In this document: piece after piece, positions 12,331-30,586 of the stretch
How positions within the stretch are numbered: position 1 is the first letter of the stretch
Layout: each line of letters opens with the position of its first letter
From: Azolla caroliniana
Taxonomy: Eukaryota > Plantae > Polypodiophyta
Length of the DNA: 64,000 nucleotides
Assembly: GCA_043228905.1 (NCBI GenBank)
Contig: JBHGNT010000016.1
Span: forward strand, 744,001 to 808,000
Direction of reading: 5' to 3'
Notes under the pieces: model-generated
What the model saw: only the letters and a program-made list of their open reading frames with translations
Told to the model about the DNA's origin: nothing
Databases searched by the model: none
Translations under genes and position numbers: made by a program

Positions 12331-15033
12331 CCCTTTGGCACCAGATCAACGTAATGGAAAATCAGTCCAATTGAATTGGACATTCTGGATGGTTTCGGAC
12401 AATCACCATCGAAAGTTCGAGATTCGGCTTTAGTTCTTTCGGCTTTGGCTGACCCGGCCTTAAGTTCCCGGATTTTGCCAATTTGGACAAAGCCGATTTG
12501 TCTGACAACCTTGTATAAATCTATATTCTTTTGATTGCTTCTTTTCGTATAGATTTTTTGTTGTATACGCCCATAACGAGGGAGTGTCGAATATGGGTAC
12601 ATAATGGATGTATTCACACTATCTAATTTGGACACACTAGGTTTAGGCTATTTATGTAAATAGTGCAAAGGGCAATTGTCCTAAGTCAATTGGTATTTAA
12701 GCTAACTCTTATAACCTAGTTGTGGTGGTTGTTCATGTTGTACTGTGCCATTGTAATGTTGAGCATAATAATACAATTACATTGTCTTGTGCCTACTTTG
12801 GTGTCCCTCTTCTCCTTGTCTTCTCTTGATATTGTCTTTGATTAAGTTGCTTTTACTCTCAAAATATGTTACTGTTTGTTACCTACTTGAGATCTTCATA
12901 GGAAGAGTGTTGATTCTTGTTCTACACATGAGGACTGTTTGCAACAAATGCTATATACAAATCCTATTTGGGACGTTGTCCATCAAGAAACATAGTGTAA
13001 GGATGTAGTTGGTGGTAGACAAATCTCTCCTAAATCCCTCTTGGTATGGGGCTCATATCTCTTTGACATCAACATGCATAAGTGTTGAGTTATGCTTCAA
13101 GCACTACATAAAATTTGGGCTAGTGTATTGTCAAATTTGGGTTAAACATCACAATTTGTAAATTGTAACTTGTTCATCTACCATACCTTATCTTAATAAA
13201 TCTAGTGAATCTCGTGACACAAACTCTTAGTTATGCTTGATAAACCTAGTCTTACTATTATGTTATCGCAAACAAATGGTTAAGTTATAAAAGTCTCCAA
13301 AATTTCCGTACTATTGTTGAAGGGTCATTTGAATGATTGCAATGATACATCCATGACAAATAAAAAGGATATTCAAAACTAAAAAGGGAAAATAAATATT
13401 CCTATTTTCACTAGGAAAAATAGCTAATTATTTTTATGTTGAAAGGCCATGTGGTACGCCATCCTCTTTTTCCCTCCCATAAACATATATTTGATGACTT
13501 GTTTATCATTTTACATATTTGGAAAGTATATTGTTAATTTTGTGCACTTTGGATGGTGATTCAGTTGAAAATGGAAGGGAGTGAGGAAGAATATTCCTTT
13601 TTATGCCTAACTATTAGTAAGTTCACCAAAATTTGAAGTAATTGAAGGGAGGTAGTTAAAGCCTTTATTTCCTTTGGACCTTTGATTAAAAATTCAAGAA
13701 ACCTCTTTACAACTCAACTTGATGGGATTCTTGTTTGGAATGCTTGGCCATATGTGGTCTATAAATATTGGTTACTACACACCATGTTTTGAAATGCATG
13801 TCAATACAAAAGTTGTGCATTGTTTATTAGATTGGGATGTTAGGAATGGCCCATGTTCATTGGAAGACACATCATCTAAAATATTGGAACTTTTAGAGAG
13901 TAAAAGTGAGGGCACTTGTTTGACGAATGCAATAGACTCAACTTTTGTCCAAAAGAAGACACGTTGAAAAAATATCATAGGTACAAAATGAAAACAATTT
14001 TTTTAGCAAACATGGGTGAAGGGATAGCTAGGCTTAGTGTAAAGGCATTGATCCTAGCGATTTCTCGCTGGTAGTAATCAAGCAAGGCCAACCATGTGCC
14101 ATAACAAAAGTACAAGTAGGAGTTTAGTAGTAATTAAATAATGGGAAATCCACAACGTTCATTGCTAGAAGATGCCACGCCAATGTATGTGGCTTCATGA
14201 AATATACTTTGTGGGATAGATAAATGTACAAATTTGGAAGTATTCAAATTGAATCTTGTTAAGCTGAATCTATTCTCTTTGGGTTGACTACTAAAGTGAA
14301 AGTTGCTTGAGGAGTTTTAAGTTTGAGAACATGAATGTGATAGCATTGTGGCATTCTATATTAGACATAGAGAGAGATAGAGAAATAGAGAGATGTTAAA
14401 ATAAATATCCCATTTGTGATGCAAGAGTATACAACAAAGTCCAAAGAGAAAACGACACATGAATATGAGAGTAAACTTCACACTGAATTCGAGGTGTCTT
14501 CATGGGTCACAAACTTAACATCATATATGTCTACTTTGTAAAATGAGTTTGTAGAAGAGATGATAGTGACATGGATACCGATGTTGGGGTAAAGGTCTCG
14601 GAAAGAAAGGAGGGAGCGATCTCAATACATTACTTTTCCATTTGATTGACGTATCAAAAACATAATAGTTTGGATGCTAAGACCGAATCATTCTCGACAA
14701 AGGGTAGGTATCTCGGCTGTCTATAACATGCCTTCTTTCTCTCTAAAACTAAAACTCTTTTAATTTATATTTATGTTTATTTTTTATTTTCGATGAATGG
14801 GTGCACACCCCATTATGTACATATTGTAACCAATTGGATCATGGGCCAAATTTGGCCTTAGGAGACGTCAATATATCTTTCTTTCCCTCTTTTTCACATC
14901 TATATATATATTTCACGAGGCTTTCTCCATTTTATATTTGCGGAGGGTCGGTGGGATTGAACAAGAGAAGCCATGGATGGCATGCAAAAATTGAGTGTAT
15001 AAGATTGTATGTGTGTCGAGTCTCTAGGTATGT

Positions 15034-15075
<42 letters not shown>

Positions 15076-15330
15076 GATTGGTCCTGCTGCACTACACCCC
15101 CCCAAACAACCAACACCATTGAAGGCCAATGCGTTTTCTTGTCTTCTTCTCTGTAGGTGTGAACATGAAGAAGAATTAAGGAAGGACGCAGGGCTTCTCT
15201 CCTCTCCTCTTCGTTCTCTACATACAAACTACCATTATTTCTCACTTTTTCTCTCTCACGTACTGCTTGGCCTGGGAGGAGGAGGAGAAAGAGGAGGAGG
15301 AGGGGTTTTTGTCTCAGGTTCACAGAAGAC

Positions 15331-20255
<4,925 letters not shown>

Positions 20256-22370
20256 TATTTGCTGCAATAATGTGAATATTTGATTCTTTGAATGACTTAT
20301 GCAATTGTTGTTTACAACCTTATAATGCAAACGTTGATTTATGTTTAATATTTTTATATTTAAAAATATAATAAATATTTGAAACCTTTAAAGTACCTTT
20401 GAGTATGAAGATAGGTAAAAGTTCTTCTTTTGGAGGGTTAGACGTGCTTCCTGTAAGATAAAAGAATGAACATGTCGAAATGAAATTCTTCTCTCTCTAT
20501 CTCATCTCTTACCTCTCCCCCCCCCCCCCCCCCCCCCACCAATTTGTACCCAAATGACGATTTAGAAAATTTGTCCAAGGTTATGGGAAATCAAAATACA
20601 AGACAACAAATCATATGACAAAAGATCATGTAATGGAAAAACTAACAAACCACAATTATAGAGTGGAAAAACAAAAGGGAATTTTCTAGAGACCCCAAAT
20701 GTGAAAGAAATGGTGAATGGATCTTTACCCATGCAGGCAATAAACCTTACACTTGATGAGTGCAAAAGCAAACACTTGGAGTTTAGGACAATGACAAGCA
20801 TGTATAAAGTTGATTGACAAGTTGATCATGTTCAAAATCCAGAATTTGCATAAGTAACATATGATTTCATGAATGAGTTACGTTGGTCCTCTTATTGCAC
20901 CATTGAAAAATATGAAAAGTATGTTGGAGTTCAATGAGGTATATCGTTGCCCTTCCAATAGGAATCAATACAAACAACTAGACGGATTTTATGCTATCAA
21001 ATAAGGTGAAACAAATTCTTTGATACATGAGGCCTATATCATTGGTATTACAGTGATTCTCAGACCACGCAATATCAAAAGCTCTATTGGATATGTATAA
21101 GAAGACCCTGTTTAAGTAATTGGGTCATCCATTGGTCCATCTAGAGTTCCTATTCAAGAACCTTATAGTAGAGTTATATTCTCACCATATAGTAGAGGTA
21201 CCCAAAAAGATGGTTTAGGGATTGTGGATGTGTTAATCAAGATAAACATAAACTTGAAAAGAAATCCTACGTTTTAAGAGAGATTAGGGAGTTTACAATT
21301 GACAAGATATCTTATACTTCTAACAATTTGGTGATAAGAAAGTGAGTTCATGATTTTGTTTTCTTCTTTCCATTGACTTGGGGTTGTCATGGACTAGTAA
21401 GTTTATGAGTGACAGATAATATATGGAAGATTTAACTATCGTTGTTCCAAGGAGAAAAAACATCTTGAGTTGAAACATGATTCAATGTCAATAAGAAACA
21501 TTTTTTCTATCTACTATTTCTAGTTTTTCTTTGACTATCAATGGGGTTGTTCCTCCAAATAGGCTCTATTCCGCAAAGATTGTCTATTCAGCAAACCAAG
21601 AGAGAAAAAATGATGAAAAAGGGACTGCCACAAAAGTTGAATTGGCTTAGCACAAAGTTTCAACCATTTTATATTTGAGAAGGATTTCAAAGTGGCCATG
21701 CAAGTTAGACTCCTTCATTAATAAAGATGTGATAGCATTTCTAAATTTTGTTAATGATTTAGTGTGTCATGGAAAACCCCATGTCTATGAAATATGTGCG
21801 GGACCGTTGGGCCCTTGAATCTAGGAAGATGTGGTTGAAGATATTGTCCTAAGTTTGCCGTTGGGCCTTTGCCAAAGTTTGATGCACAAAAGCATGTACT
21901 TCCTTGTGAGAATGCATGTCAGGTGGCTGCACAAACATGAAAGATTGACGTTTTAAATTTTAATGAGTGTTCGGATTGTAATAGCGCATGCCCAAAAAGG
22001 TGCAAAATTTTGTTTGCTTAGGTAGTTCAGTTTATGTGTCTTGGTATGTGCTTCTATGTGCATTTTAAATCCACAAGTGTTTGTGTGCACTCATTGTTGA
22101 ATCCAAGATTGTAGTATTATTTTAAATATTTATTTGTTCATGTGAGATAACTCGGTGTTGAACTTATCCATGTGCATGTTAAGCACCTGCCAATGTTGTG
22201 ACGTGGTGTGTGCATTAAAGACGTTGTCGTGATGTGGCGTGATCGAGAGTGGGAAAAACCGGCGAAAGGGGGGTCAAAATGTGCATGTGCAATGTGTGTG
22301 CACACAAAGGCGTTTAATTGTGCATATGCAAAATAAAAAGGAAAAGAAAGGGTGGAAAGGAGGTATAGAA

Positions 22371-23902
22371 CAGTGTTGGGCAAAGTTTGTAGCCCCTACA
22401 ACCGGAATTTTAAAATTTTGGCCGGCCACGTTCCTACCAACAACAATTTCAACCGGAACATGTTGAAATTTTTTTTGGCCGCATAACCAAAAAAAAATCT
22501 AATGCAATGCTCACTAGGAGTAGTGCATTGCTCGTCACTCGCTGCTCTCTATTGTTGGGTGAGTGCACATTTTTAAGTATTAGGGTCTAGTACCCTCAAT
22601 CCATTTTCTCATATAATTATGTGAATGTACATATTAATAAACGTGGTCTTCATGTACGTAGTTTGATGACACTAAGACCTTAAGATCAATCATAAAATGT
22701 AATAATAATGAAGAGATTCATTTTGCAATACATTGCAAATCGCCCACAGCTCGTTGCTTCTTCCTCGTTGATTGTCAGCGGCCGCTCATCACTCAGAAAT
22801 TGCCGCTCATCACTCGCTGATTGTCGCTCATCACTCGTCGCCCATCATTCGTTGCTCACCGCTCACCACTCGACGATTCACGCGCATTACTTGCCGCTCG
22901 TTGATCGTTGCTCGTTACTTGCCGCTCACTAGGAGTTGTGCATTGCTCGTCACTCGCTGCTCTCTATTGTTGGGTGAGTGCACATTTTTAAGTATTAGGG
23001 TCTTGTACCCTCAATCCATTTTCTCATATAATTATGTGAATGTCATTGCCTTGTTTATTTTCCTTCTAGATTGTATGTTTTTACTCTAGAATATACATAT
23101 TAATAAGCGTAGTCTTCATGTACGTAGTTTGATGACAATAAGACCTTAAGATCAATCATAAAATGTAATAATAATGAAGAGATTCATTTTGCAATACATT
23201 GCAATGTTGGCTTTCAATCAAACACTCATGTATGACATTTTCTATTATCAAGTGATTTGATCACTTTTTAAACGTCTCTTGAACATTGTAAGGAAAGGAT
23301 GTGATATCATTGCAAAGTATGTGCATTTGGGGAAGAGGGTCACATCTTCATGCTTCTTTTTAGTGGGTGAACATGAAGTTGTGTTCAAGATGTAAGGGAA
23401 CTAGGTGTGGAAAGAGTTTTTAAATGTCTCTTGAACATTGTAAGGCAAAGATGTGGGATCATTGCAAAGTATGTGCATTGGAGAAGAGGATTACATCTTC
23501 ATGCTTCTTTTTAGTGGGTGAACATGAACTTGTGAAGATGTAATGGAACTAGGTGTGGAAAGAGATTTGCTCTTCTTCATCATCATCATCAAGGGGCTAC
23601 TATGATAAACAAATTAACGAATCTGAAATACTATTTACTTATTACAATATAACTAGATGAACCAACAAATTTGAGATGAGAATCATCATGTAATTCAAAC
23701 ACATGTAGTGGACGATAGGTTAAAAATTGGGAGGGAATTATGTACAACAAATTATCTTAGCACAAGAAAAGCATAGAAAGATGATGGGAATAGACAAGAA
23801 TAAATCACAAGGAGGCATGTATATTCTATTACTACCTCGCATTCATATTGTCATCTTGTTTGTGATCTCATACGAATGCGAGGTAGTAATAGAATATACA
23901 TG
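22371..23902. mobile_element. Foreign segment replacing the middle of the element A 5' LTR; begins with a hAT-like terminus CAGTGTTGGGCAAAG
   Basis: Identity to the 3' LTR stops at 22370 and resumes at about 23901. The segment contains internal duplications (about 22509-22738 vs 22924-23204, and about 23266-23417 vs 23418-23565). No matching second TIR was seen. Confidence 0.5.
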
Positions 23903-24099
23903 ATCTCGAAAGGTCGACGAGTCGTGATCAACGAGAGCCACCGGCCTCACAAAACAAAGGGCAACGAGACCTTACTCGGGAAGGGGTCGGGAAGTAGTAT
24001 TGTCGTAAAGCAAACCTCGGGTCTTCTCTATCCCTTGAGTACTCCCTAGGCCAAGACCCCCGTGGTCCCGCCCACGTGCGCGAAACTTCGCGATATAAA

Positions 24100-24116
24100 T
24101 CGGTGAACCCGACGTG
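24100..24116 (+). promoter_or_regulatory. Primer-binding site complementary to the tRNA-Trp 3' end
   Basis: (T)CGGTGAACCCGACGTG matches TGGTGAACCCGACGTGA, the reverse complement of the plant tRNA-Trp(CCA) 3' end ...UCACGUCGGGUUCACCA. Variants occur at about 53772 and 59806. Confidence 0.8.
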
Positions 24117-24140
24117 GAAGGGCGGTAAGGGAGAACCAAG

Positions 24141-26280
24141 ATGCGAGGAGGAGAACTCATTGAAGTGATGGCAGCTGCGGTGGACCGCTTGGTAAATACC
24201 CGAGAAGGCATCACCGGCCTAGATCGGGCCATAAAGACGGTGGTCAGCACAACGGGTCGGTTCAATGGAAGAGATATCACGAGCTACTTGGATGCCTATA
24301 AGACCGAAATGCTTATGTGAAATGTCCCCGAAGATAGGCGGCTAACCGGATTCGCTAGAGTGGTAACGTCGAGTATCCACGCAGAGGTACTCAAGATCCA
24401 ACAGGATTGTTGCAATTGGGTGGAGTTCGAAGAAAGACTCCTCGAGAAGTATGGCCTTGATTACTCACTTAGAATTTCGAAGTACAGCCTTGATGACTCA
24501 TAATCTCCTAGAGTGGGTTGAGCTTCCCGACAAGGGGATAAATACTATGGTACTTTTACAAGAATTTGAGAAGCGCTTCGTGCGACTCTCGGCTCTCGAT
24601 AGGATAGTGCTTGACACAAGTAAGGTTCTACTATTCATAAAGACTGTTGATGCACGAGACCGAGAGAAGGTGGGGTCCCTCCTCGAAACTGATGATGGAC
24701 TCACGACGGATTGGGCTATGGTAAAACAGGTTTGTAGCCGCTTCGATAAGAGAAGGGAATGGAACGACGGGTCTCCGTTGAGCGGCCAAACATCCACAGG
24801 CTCCATTAGTGAGACACATGAACCCAGGGGGGGTAGAATACCTCAAGAAAGAGAGCAAGCAAATGCAAGGTTCGTCCCCGAGAGAAACATGGTTGAAGCA
24901 CCGTCGAGAGGGTCGGCAATCGACAAGCTTACAAAGATGGTGCGAGATCTCCAAATAGCGCAAGCTAGGAGAGAGAGTGGCGGCCCTCAAGATCGACATC
25001 CCCCGTTCGCACAAAGATGTATGTGGTGCGACAACCCCGACCACCTACGAAGGGAGTGTGGAGACTTTCAAGAGGCCCTAAGAAAGGATATTGTCTATCT
25101 TTGGAACAATAGGGTCTATTCGACGGAGACAAGGTGCCCCTTGGGATTGAATCAAGGCCGAGGGGGCATGAGAAGGCTAATGGAGGAGGCCGATGCACGA
25201 CATGTTGAAGTCGTCCACTACTCGGCGTCGGCTAGGATCCGAGTGGGGAAAGAGGTGAGGAGGCAAGAGGAGAAAGAGTTTGACTTTTGGCCGGCAATCC
25301 TTGGAAGCCTCTCTAAGGGGAAGTTCAAAAGAGAAGAAGCGGACGAAGTAGAAAGAAGGGTCCAAGAAGCAACCGGGTGGAAGGATCCGGTGGAAGAAAA
25401 GACAGGCTTAGTGGAAGTCGCTTGCCAAAACTACGAAGTAATGGTAGAAGAGAAGAAGGTAGGAAATGACGAGGGAGCCGATCCATCAAGGAAATACGAC
25501 GCTCGAGGTGCACAAAGAAGGGAAGAGCCGAACCAGTCTCAAGCACGTGACGAAAGATGGAAAGAGAAGGGGAACCCCCCCAACTTCAAGCTTTGCTCGG
25601 AGATCGAACAAGCAACGGACTTGAAGAAGGTAGTGGAGGAGAGGATCCTCGATAGTCGCATAGAGTTTACTCTGCGAGAGGTCCTCGGAATTGCCAAGAA
25701 AGAATTCCACGAGGTCATCATCGACCTAATGAAGAGGAAGCGACTTTCGACGGAGCAAGAAGTGGCAAAGCCCGCGATTGTAAATGCATTGTCAACTGAG
25801 GTTCCCGAGGAAGACGAAGACTATGCGGACAGTCACTACACGAGGCCGCATTGGGCGAGAGCGACAACGGAGACACTGGTACGGGTCGGAGATGTAAAAG
25901 AGCCGGTTGTAGCATTGATCCACCATGGCTCTGAGATCAACCTTATGTCCATGGACTTTTATAAAAAGGGAAAGTGGTCGATCAACACAAAGCACGGGTG
26001 GAAGATTAGAGCGGCGACCCGAGCAACCGAGGAGCTATACGGGGCTTGCCTGAATGTACGTGTGAAGGTGGGGGACGTAGAGAGACGTCCTCGCACCCAT
26101 TCATCTTGGGTGAACCATACATCACGGCGGCTCGCATGGAGACGAAGGTGCTAGACAACAAGTCGGCATATGTGAGGGTCAAGAGCCAAGATGGGAAGCA
26201 TTCGGTCCAATTCCTTACGGTGAGGCCCAACCATGAGCGCAATCGAGCCTCCCTCAAAGGGGATAGCCAAGAGGATTTTT
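24141..26280 (+). pseudogene. gag-protease ORF of element A (disrupted)
   Basis: GRFNGRDIT gag start, CMWCDNPDHLRREC zinc knuckle, and a mutated aspartic protease site ALIHHGSEIN (intact ALLDHGSEIN in the homologue at 61292-61924). It carries stops and frameshifts. Confidence 0.85.
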
Positions 26281-26769
26281 TATTCGGGCTATTAAAGAGT
26301 GGGGTGTTGCCTCTTAGGAACACGGTCCGTGGTCAGTCCTTCGACCTAGACCCCAAAGTGGGTGTGGAACAACAAACAGAGCTTAAGTGTACTGCATAAG
26401 GAGAGAACCTCTGTGATTCCTCCGTGGGTAAGGGGAGACGGCTACAACCGACTCCTTATCACAGGTTGCGCTTACGTACTACTACACTTACGTATCCGAG
26501 ACACAGACACTGAATTAATCGTAGCTATACACAGAAAACTCAGAGAAGATAGTATTCTATTATCAAGCATTCTTTTACATTTCCCAAAATTTACACGCGC
26601 CTCCTTAAGAGGTTTTCTGCCCTTTATATATGCAGGGTCTAATTAGCCATTCACGCTTCCCCGCGTGAACCGTTACATACGTTACGCTTTATATAATTTC
26701 TTATTCCTACGCTTTTGGCCATCGGTTACTATTCCGACGGACAACATGGGGCCGCAATAGCCCGAGGCA
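26281..26769 (-). mobile_element. About 490-bp insertion (probable solo LTR or MITE) within element A
   Basis: It has inverted ends TCGGGCTATT / AATAGCCCGA(GGCA) and a TATA-like motif on the minus strand near 26625. It is absent from the homologous position of element B (about 62066). No clear TSD was found. Confidence 0.5.
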
Positions 26770-26920
26770 AACTAAGACCCTAAACCCTTGTAAAACTATT
26801 AAATGTAATAGAAAACAATTTTGGTTCTCCGAAAATGGAGCTTGTAAAATTAATAGTTTAAGTGATAGAGATAAGTCTAGGGCCAAGAGATACGAAAGGT
26901 ATCTAAAACAATGTAATTTA

Positions 26921-29900
26921 TTGGGGGAAGATGACACCATAAGCGGCGCTATGGAGGCGGTCTCGTTCGACGACACTCTCAGAGAGATGGAGGGGGTAGT
27001 CGTTTCGGGCCTCAATGAAGACAAGATAATTCCAGTCAACTCAGTTGACATGTACACCGCCATTGAAGAGCTTGGGCGGTTGATTGAGGAAGCGAGGACA
27101 GTCAAGGTGCAAACAAAGTACAAGACCGTGGACAAGAAGGTGAAGCCTGTGGTTGCCTCATTGCCTAACGATAGTTGGGATCGGATAGAGGGGGTAGCGG
27201 CTGATCCTAGCTTGCAGGATCCACGAGGCATAAGGCACTAGTTCACCGACGAGACGCAACAGAAGCTCCGCATTGGTGGGGGTGGCTTCCTATTGCCTAG
27301 GGAGGAGGAAAGATTTAGAAGGATGATCGAAAGCCACGGAAGGTCTTTTGCCTTTTTGTCAGGTGAGATAGGGTGTGTAAACCCTAAGATCGTGGAGCCA
27401 ATGGTGATCTTTACGATGCCGCATGTACCATGGAACATCGAGCCAATCCCCGTTCTGATAGCTCACATCCCGAAGTTGATTGAGGTACTCAAGGAAAAGA
27501 TCGAGATGGGTATCCTCGAGCCATCAAGCGCCCCATACTCGAATCGGTGGTTCATTGTGCCAAAGAAGAACGGAACATTACGCTTCATCCAGGACCTACA
27601 ACCTGTTAATCAAGTGACAATTCGAAATGCCGGGGTTGGACCGAGCGTTGACAAATTCGCTGAGGCCTTCGCTGGAAGGTCTACTTATTCGATCAGTGAT
27701 CTATACTCGGGGTATGATCAATTCCAACTAGTTGTGGAGAGTAGGGACATCACAATGATGCGGACCCCTATCGGCCTAGTGCGAATGTGTACCTTGCCAC
27801 AAGGAGGCACTAACTCTGTAGCCCACATGGTAAATGCAATGAACAAAGTGTGGAGAGATTGCATCCCCGACATCACCATGCCATTCCTCAATGACATCCC
27901 CATAAAAGGGTGCTCTAAAGCGGAGAAAGATGAAACCTTGGACGAGGATGGGTGCAGACGTTTTGTGGCATATCACATCTCCGATTGCGAGAAGGTTCTA
28001 CAAAGACTCGAAGATGCACGCTTGACCTTCTCGGGTGAGAAATCGGCATTCGGCCAACCGGAGATCCTTGTGGTGGGACACTTGTGCAGGGCGTACGGAC
28101 GGAAGCCATCCCCGGCAAAGGTGGACACCATCACAGACATGAGGGAAGAATGTAAATCGCAAACAGAGGTGAGGCGATTTCTTGGTGCCTATGCATTCTA
28201 CCACATCTGGATCCCGCACTATGCTCACCTAGCCGAGCCCTTGTATGGGCTACTCAAGAAGGGGCAGAAGTTCAAGTGGGAGGAAGAGCACACTGAGGCA
28301 ATGAAGAGGCTCAAAGGAATGTTGATAGCAGCACCAGCTTTACAAAAAGCCGTATACAAGGAAGGGGTGCCCATCTACGTGACGGTAGATACAAGTCCAA
28401 CAGGGATCGAATGGGTCATAAACCAAGAAGGAGAGGATGGTACACGCTACGCCATCCGGTTCGGAGCCAAGGTCTTAAGCGAGCGACAACGAGGATACGC
28501 CCAAGTAAAACGTGAGCTTTGGGGTATTGTGTCCGTAGTAAAGGCAGATAAAGATTACCTAATCGGGTCAGAGGTGGTAATAGAGACAGAATGCCTTCCA
28601 ATCCTAGGGATGGTTTCGGGATGTGCAACACCTGACCTAGCTATGCTAAGGTGGATTGCTTACATCAAATCAATGAACCCGGAGATTCACCACATTTCAG
28701 GGAAGAACAATGCCATGGCTGATATGCTATTGACGGCAAGATTCAAGGACGAAAGTGACATGGTGTCTGAAGATGAGGATGTCGCTATTGACTTCTTTAA
28801 GACGGCCCAAGCGTCTATAGATGATCGAGATGTGCGAGTACTCCACACCTTCAATGAAAGTGAATACGAAGGGGAGTGGCTACACATTGGCAAGTTCTTA
28901 AGCTCAATGACGGTGGATAGTTCATGGTCGAAGCAGGAAGCACAGAGAGTCCGAAAGAAAGCGTACAAGTACTTCCTACGAGGGGGATTCGTCTGGAGGC
29001 ACCGGAAGAGAAGGACGGGGACGCCACAACGAGTGGTCATAAAGGAAGAAGACAAAACAACATTGGTATCTGAGTTCCACGAGAGTTCTTGGGCGGGCCA
29101 TAGAGGAACGTGGGTAACATTTGAGAAGTTAAAGGAAAAGTATTGGTGGCCGGGAATGTACAAGGATGTCGCCCATTTCGTGGGGGCTTGTGAAAGCTAC
29201 CAGATACACTCCAACATATACCATAGGGACGAGTTGCACCCGACCTACCCACTCACCATACACTTCAAATGGATGGTGGATTTGGTTTCGATGCCGATGG
29301 GAGTGGGCCAAATGAAATATTTGGTGCTAGCAAGAGAAGACCTAACAAACCAAGTAGAAGGGCGAGCCTTAGCAAACAAAACGACGGCAGGGATGTGTAA
29401 ATTCTTACTCGAGGATGTCATCTATCGGTACGGATGAGTGGGAAAGATAGTGGCCGACAGAGGAGAGTTGAACGCTCACGAAGCTACAGAGCTCTTTGAC
29501 CGACTTGGATTGAAGCTCTCTCTCACGACCACTTATAACCCGGAGGCTAATGGGAAGATAGAACGCGGACACGGGCCTATCGTAAAAGCCATTGTACGAG
29601 CTTGTCATGGGCAAGTTGGGAATTGGCCTCGGTTACTACCTTATGCCTTGTGGGCCAATAGAACAACTCATAGCTTAGTTACAGGTTTCATGCCAATTGA
29701 ACTCATGTACGGACAAAAACCGGTGATGCCCATTGAAGACACGATCGCTTCATGGGTAGCGATGCCGTGGGAAAACGAGATGAGTCGAGAAGAGCTTCTA
29801 GCCACAACGATAAGGCAACCTGAGAGAAGACCCGAAGACTTGGAGTTCGCAAAGGAGAGGTTAGAAGCAGCTAGACTAAGTAACAAAGCCTGATTCGACA

Positions 29901-30226
29901 AGACACACCGACTACGCCCTCGGAAGATCGAAGAAGGAGATTCGGTGATTGTATATGATAGTAGTCTCGACAATCAACATAGCTCGATGCGGAAATTCGC
30001 AAAGCGATGGTTCGGGCCATACGTGGTAACGAGTGCAAACGATAATGCTACCTACCATCTCGCTGAACTCAATGGGACTAAGCTGACTTTACCAATAGCC
30101 GGGAAGCGGGTCAAAATCTTCAAAAAGCGACACAACAAGGAGCCAAACCTTGATGACCTTGACGAAGATAAAGGCGAGCAAACAACAAGCCACGGGGTCA
30201 ATGAGGAGGAGGAAATGAACTACTGA
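26921..30226 (+). pseudogene. pol (RT-RNase H-integrase) of element A, disrupted
   Basis: Motifs DLYSGYDQ, LPQG, FLND (decayed FLDD), VDTS RNase H, H-H-C zinc finger, WMVDL...DRGE...NGKIERGH integrase core and WFGPY. In-frame stops occur at about 27239, 29435 and 29891. Confidence 0.9.
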
Positions 30227-30532
30227 CCACCCTCAGCCCGCCATTCTTGGCACATACCGGAGGATGTGTGGTTTGGTGGGGATGGATGTCGTGATGTGGC
30301 GTGATCGAGAGTGGGAAAAATCGGCGAAAGGGGGGTCAAAATGTGCATGTGCAATGTGTGTGCACACAAAGGCGTTTAATTGTGCATATGCAAAATCAAA
30401 AGGAAAAGAAAGGGTAGAAAGGAGGTATAGAAGCTCGTGCAAAAAGTAAGAGAGAGGAGAGATAAAAGGTAGAGGGAAGATAGGTTATGAATTTATAGGG
30501 AAAGAATTATATATTATACAAGATAGAGTTAA

Positions 30533-30586
30533 TGGGTTAGTGGATAGTTATATTAATTTTTAGTTAGAGGTGCATGGTTCAAATCT
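30533..30586 (+). promoter_or_regulatory. tRNA-like A-box/B-box module in the element A 3' LTR
   Basis: TGGGTTAGTGG (30533) and GGTTCAAATCT (30576) start 43 nt apart. The module is degenerate and contains an internal T-run. Confidence 0.55.

Noticed and set aside
20560-22200. Possible decayed transposon coding sequence (similar hints at about 1.9-3.2, 10.6-11.3, 13.7-14.3, 32.3-34.7 and 39.5-40.3 kb)
   Set aside because: No diagnostic motif was recognisable by eye, so these were left unannotated pending BLASTX.
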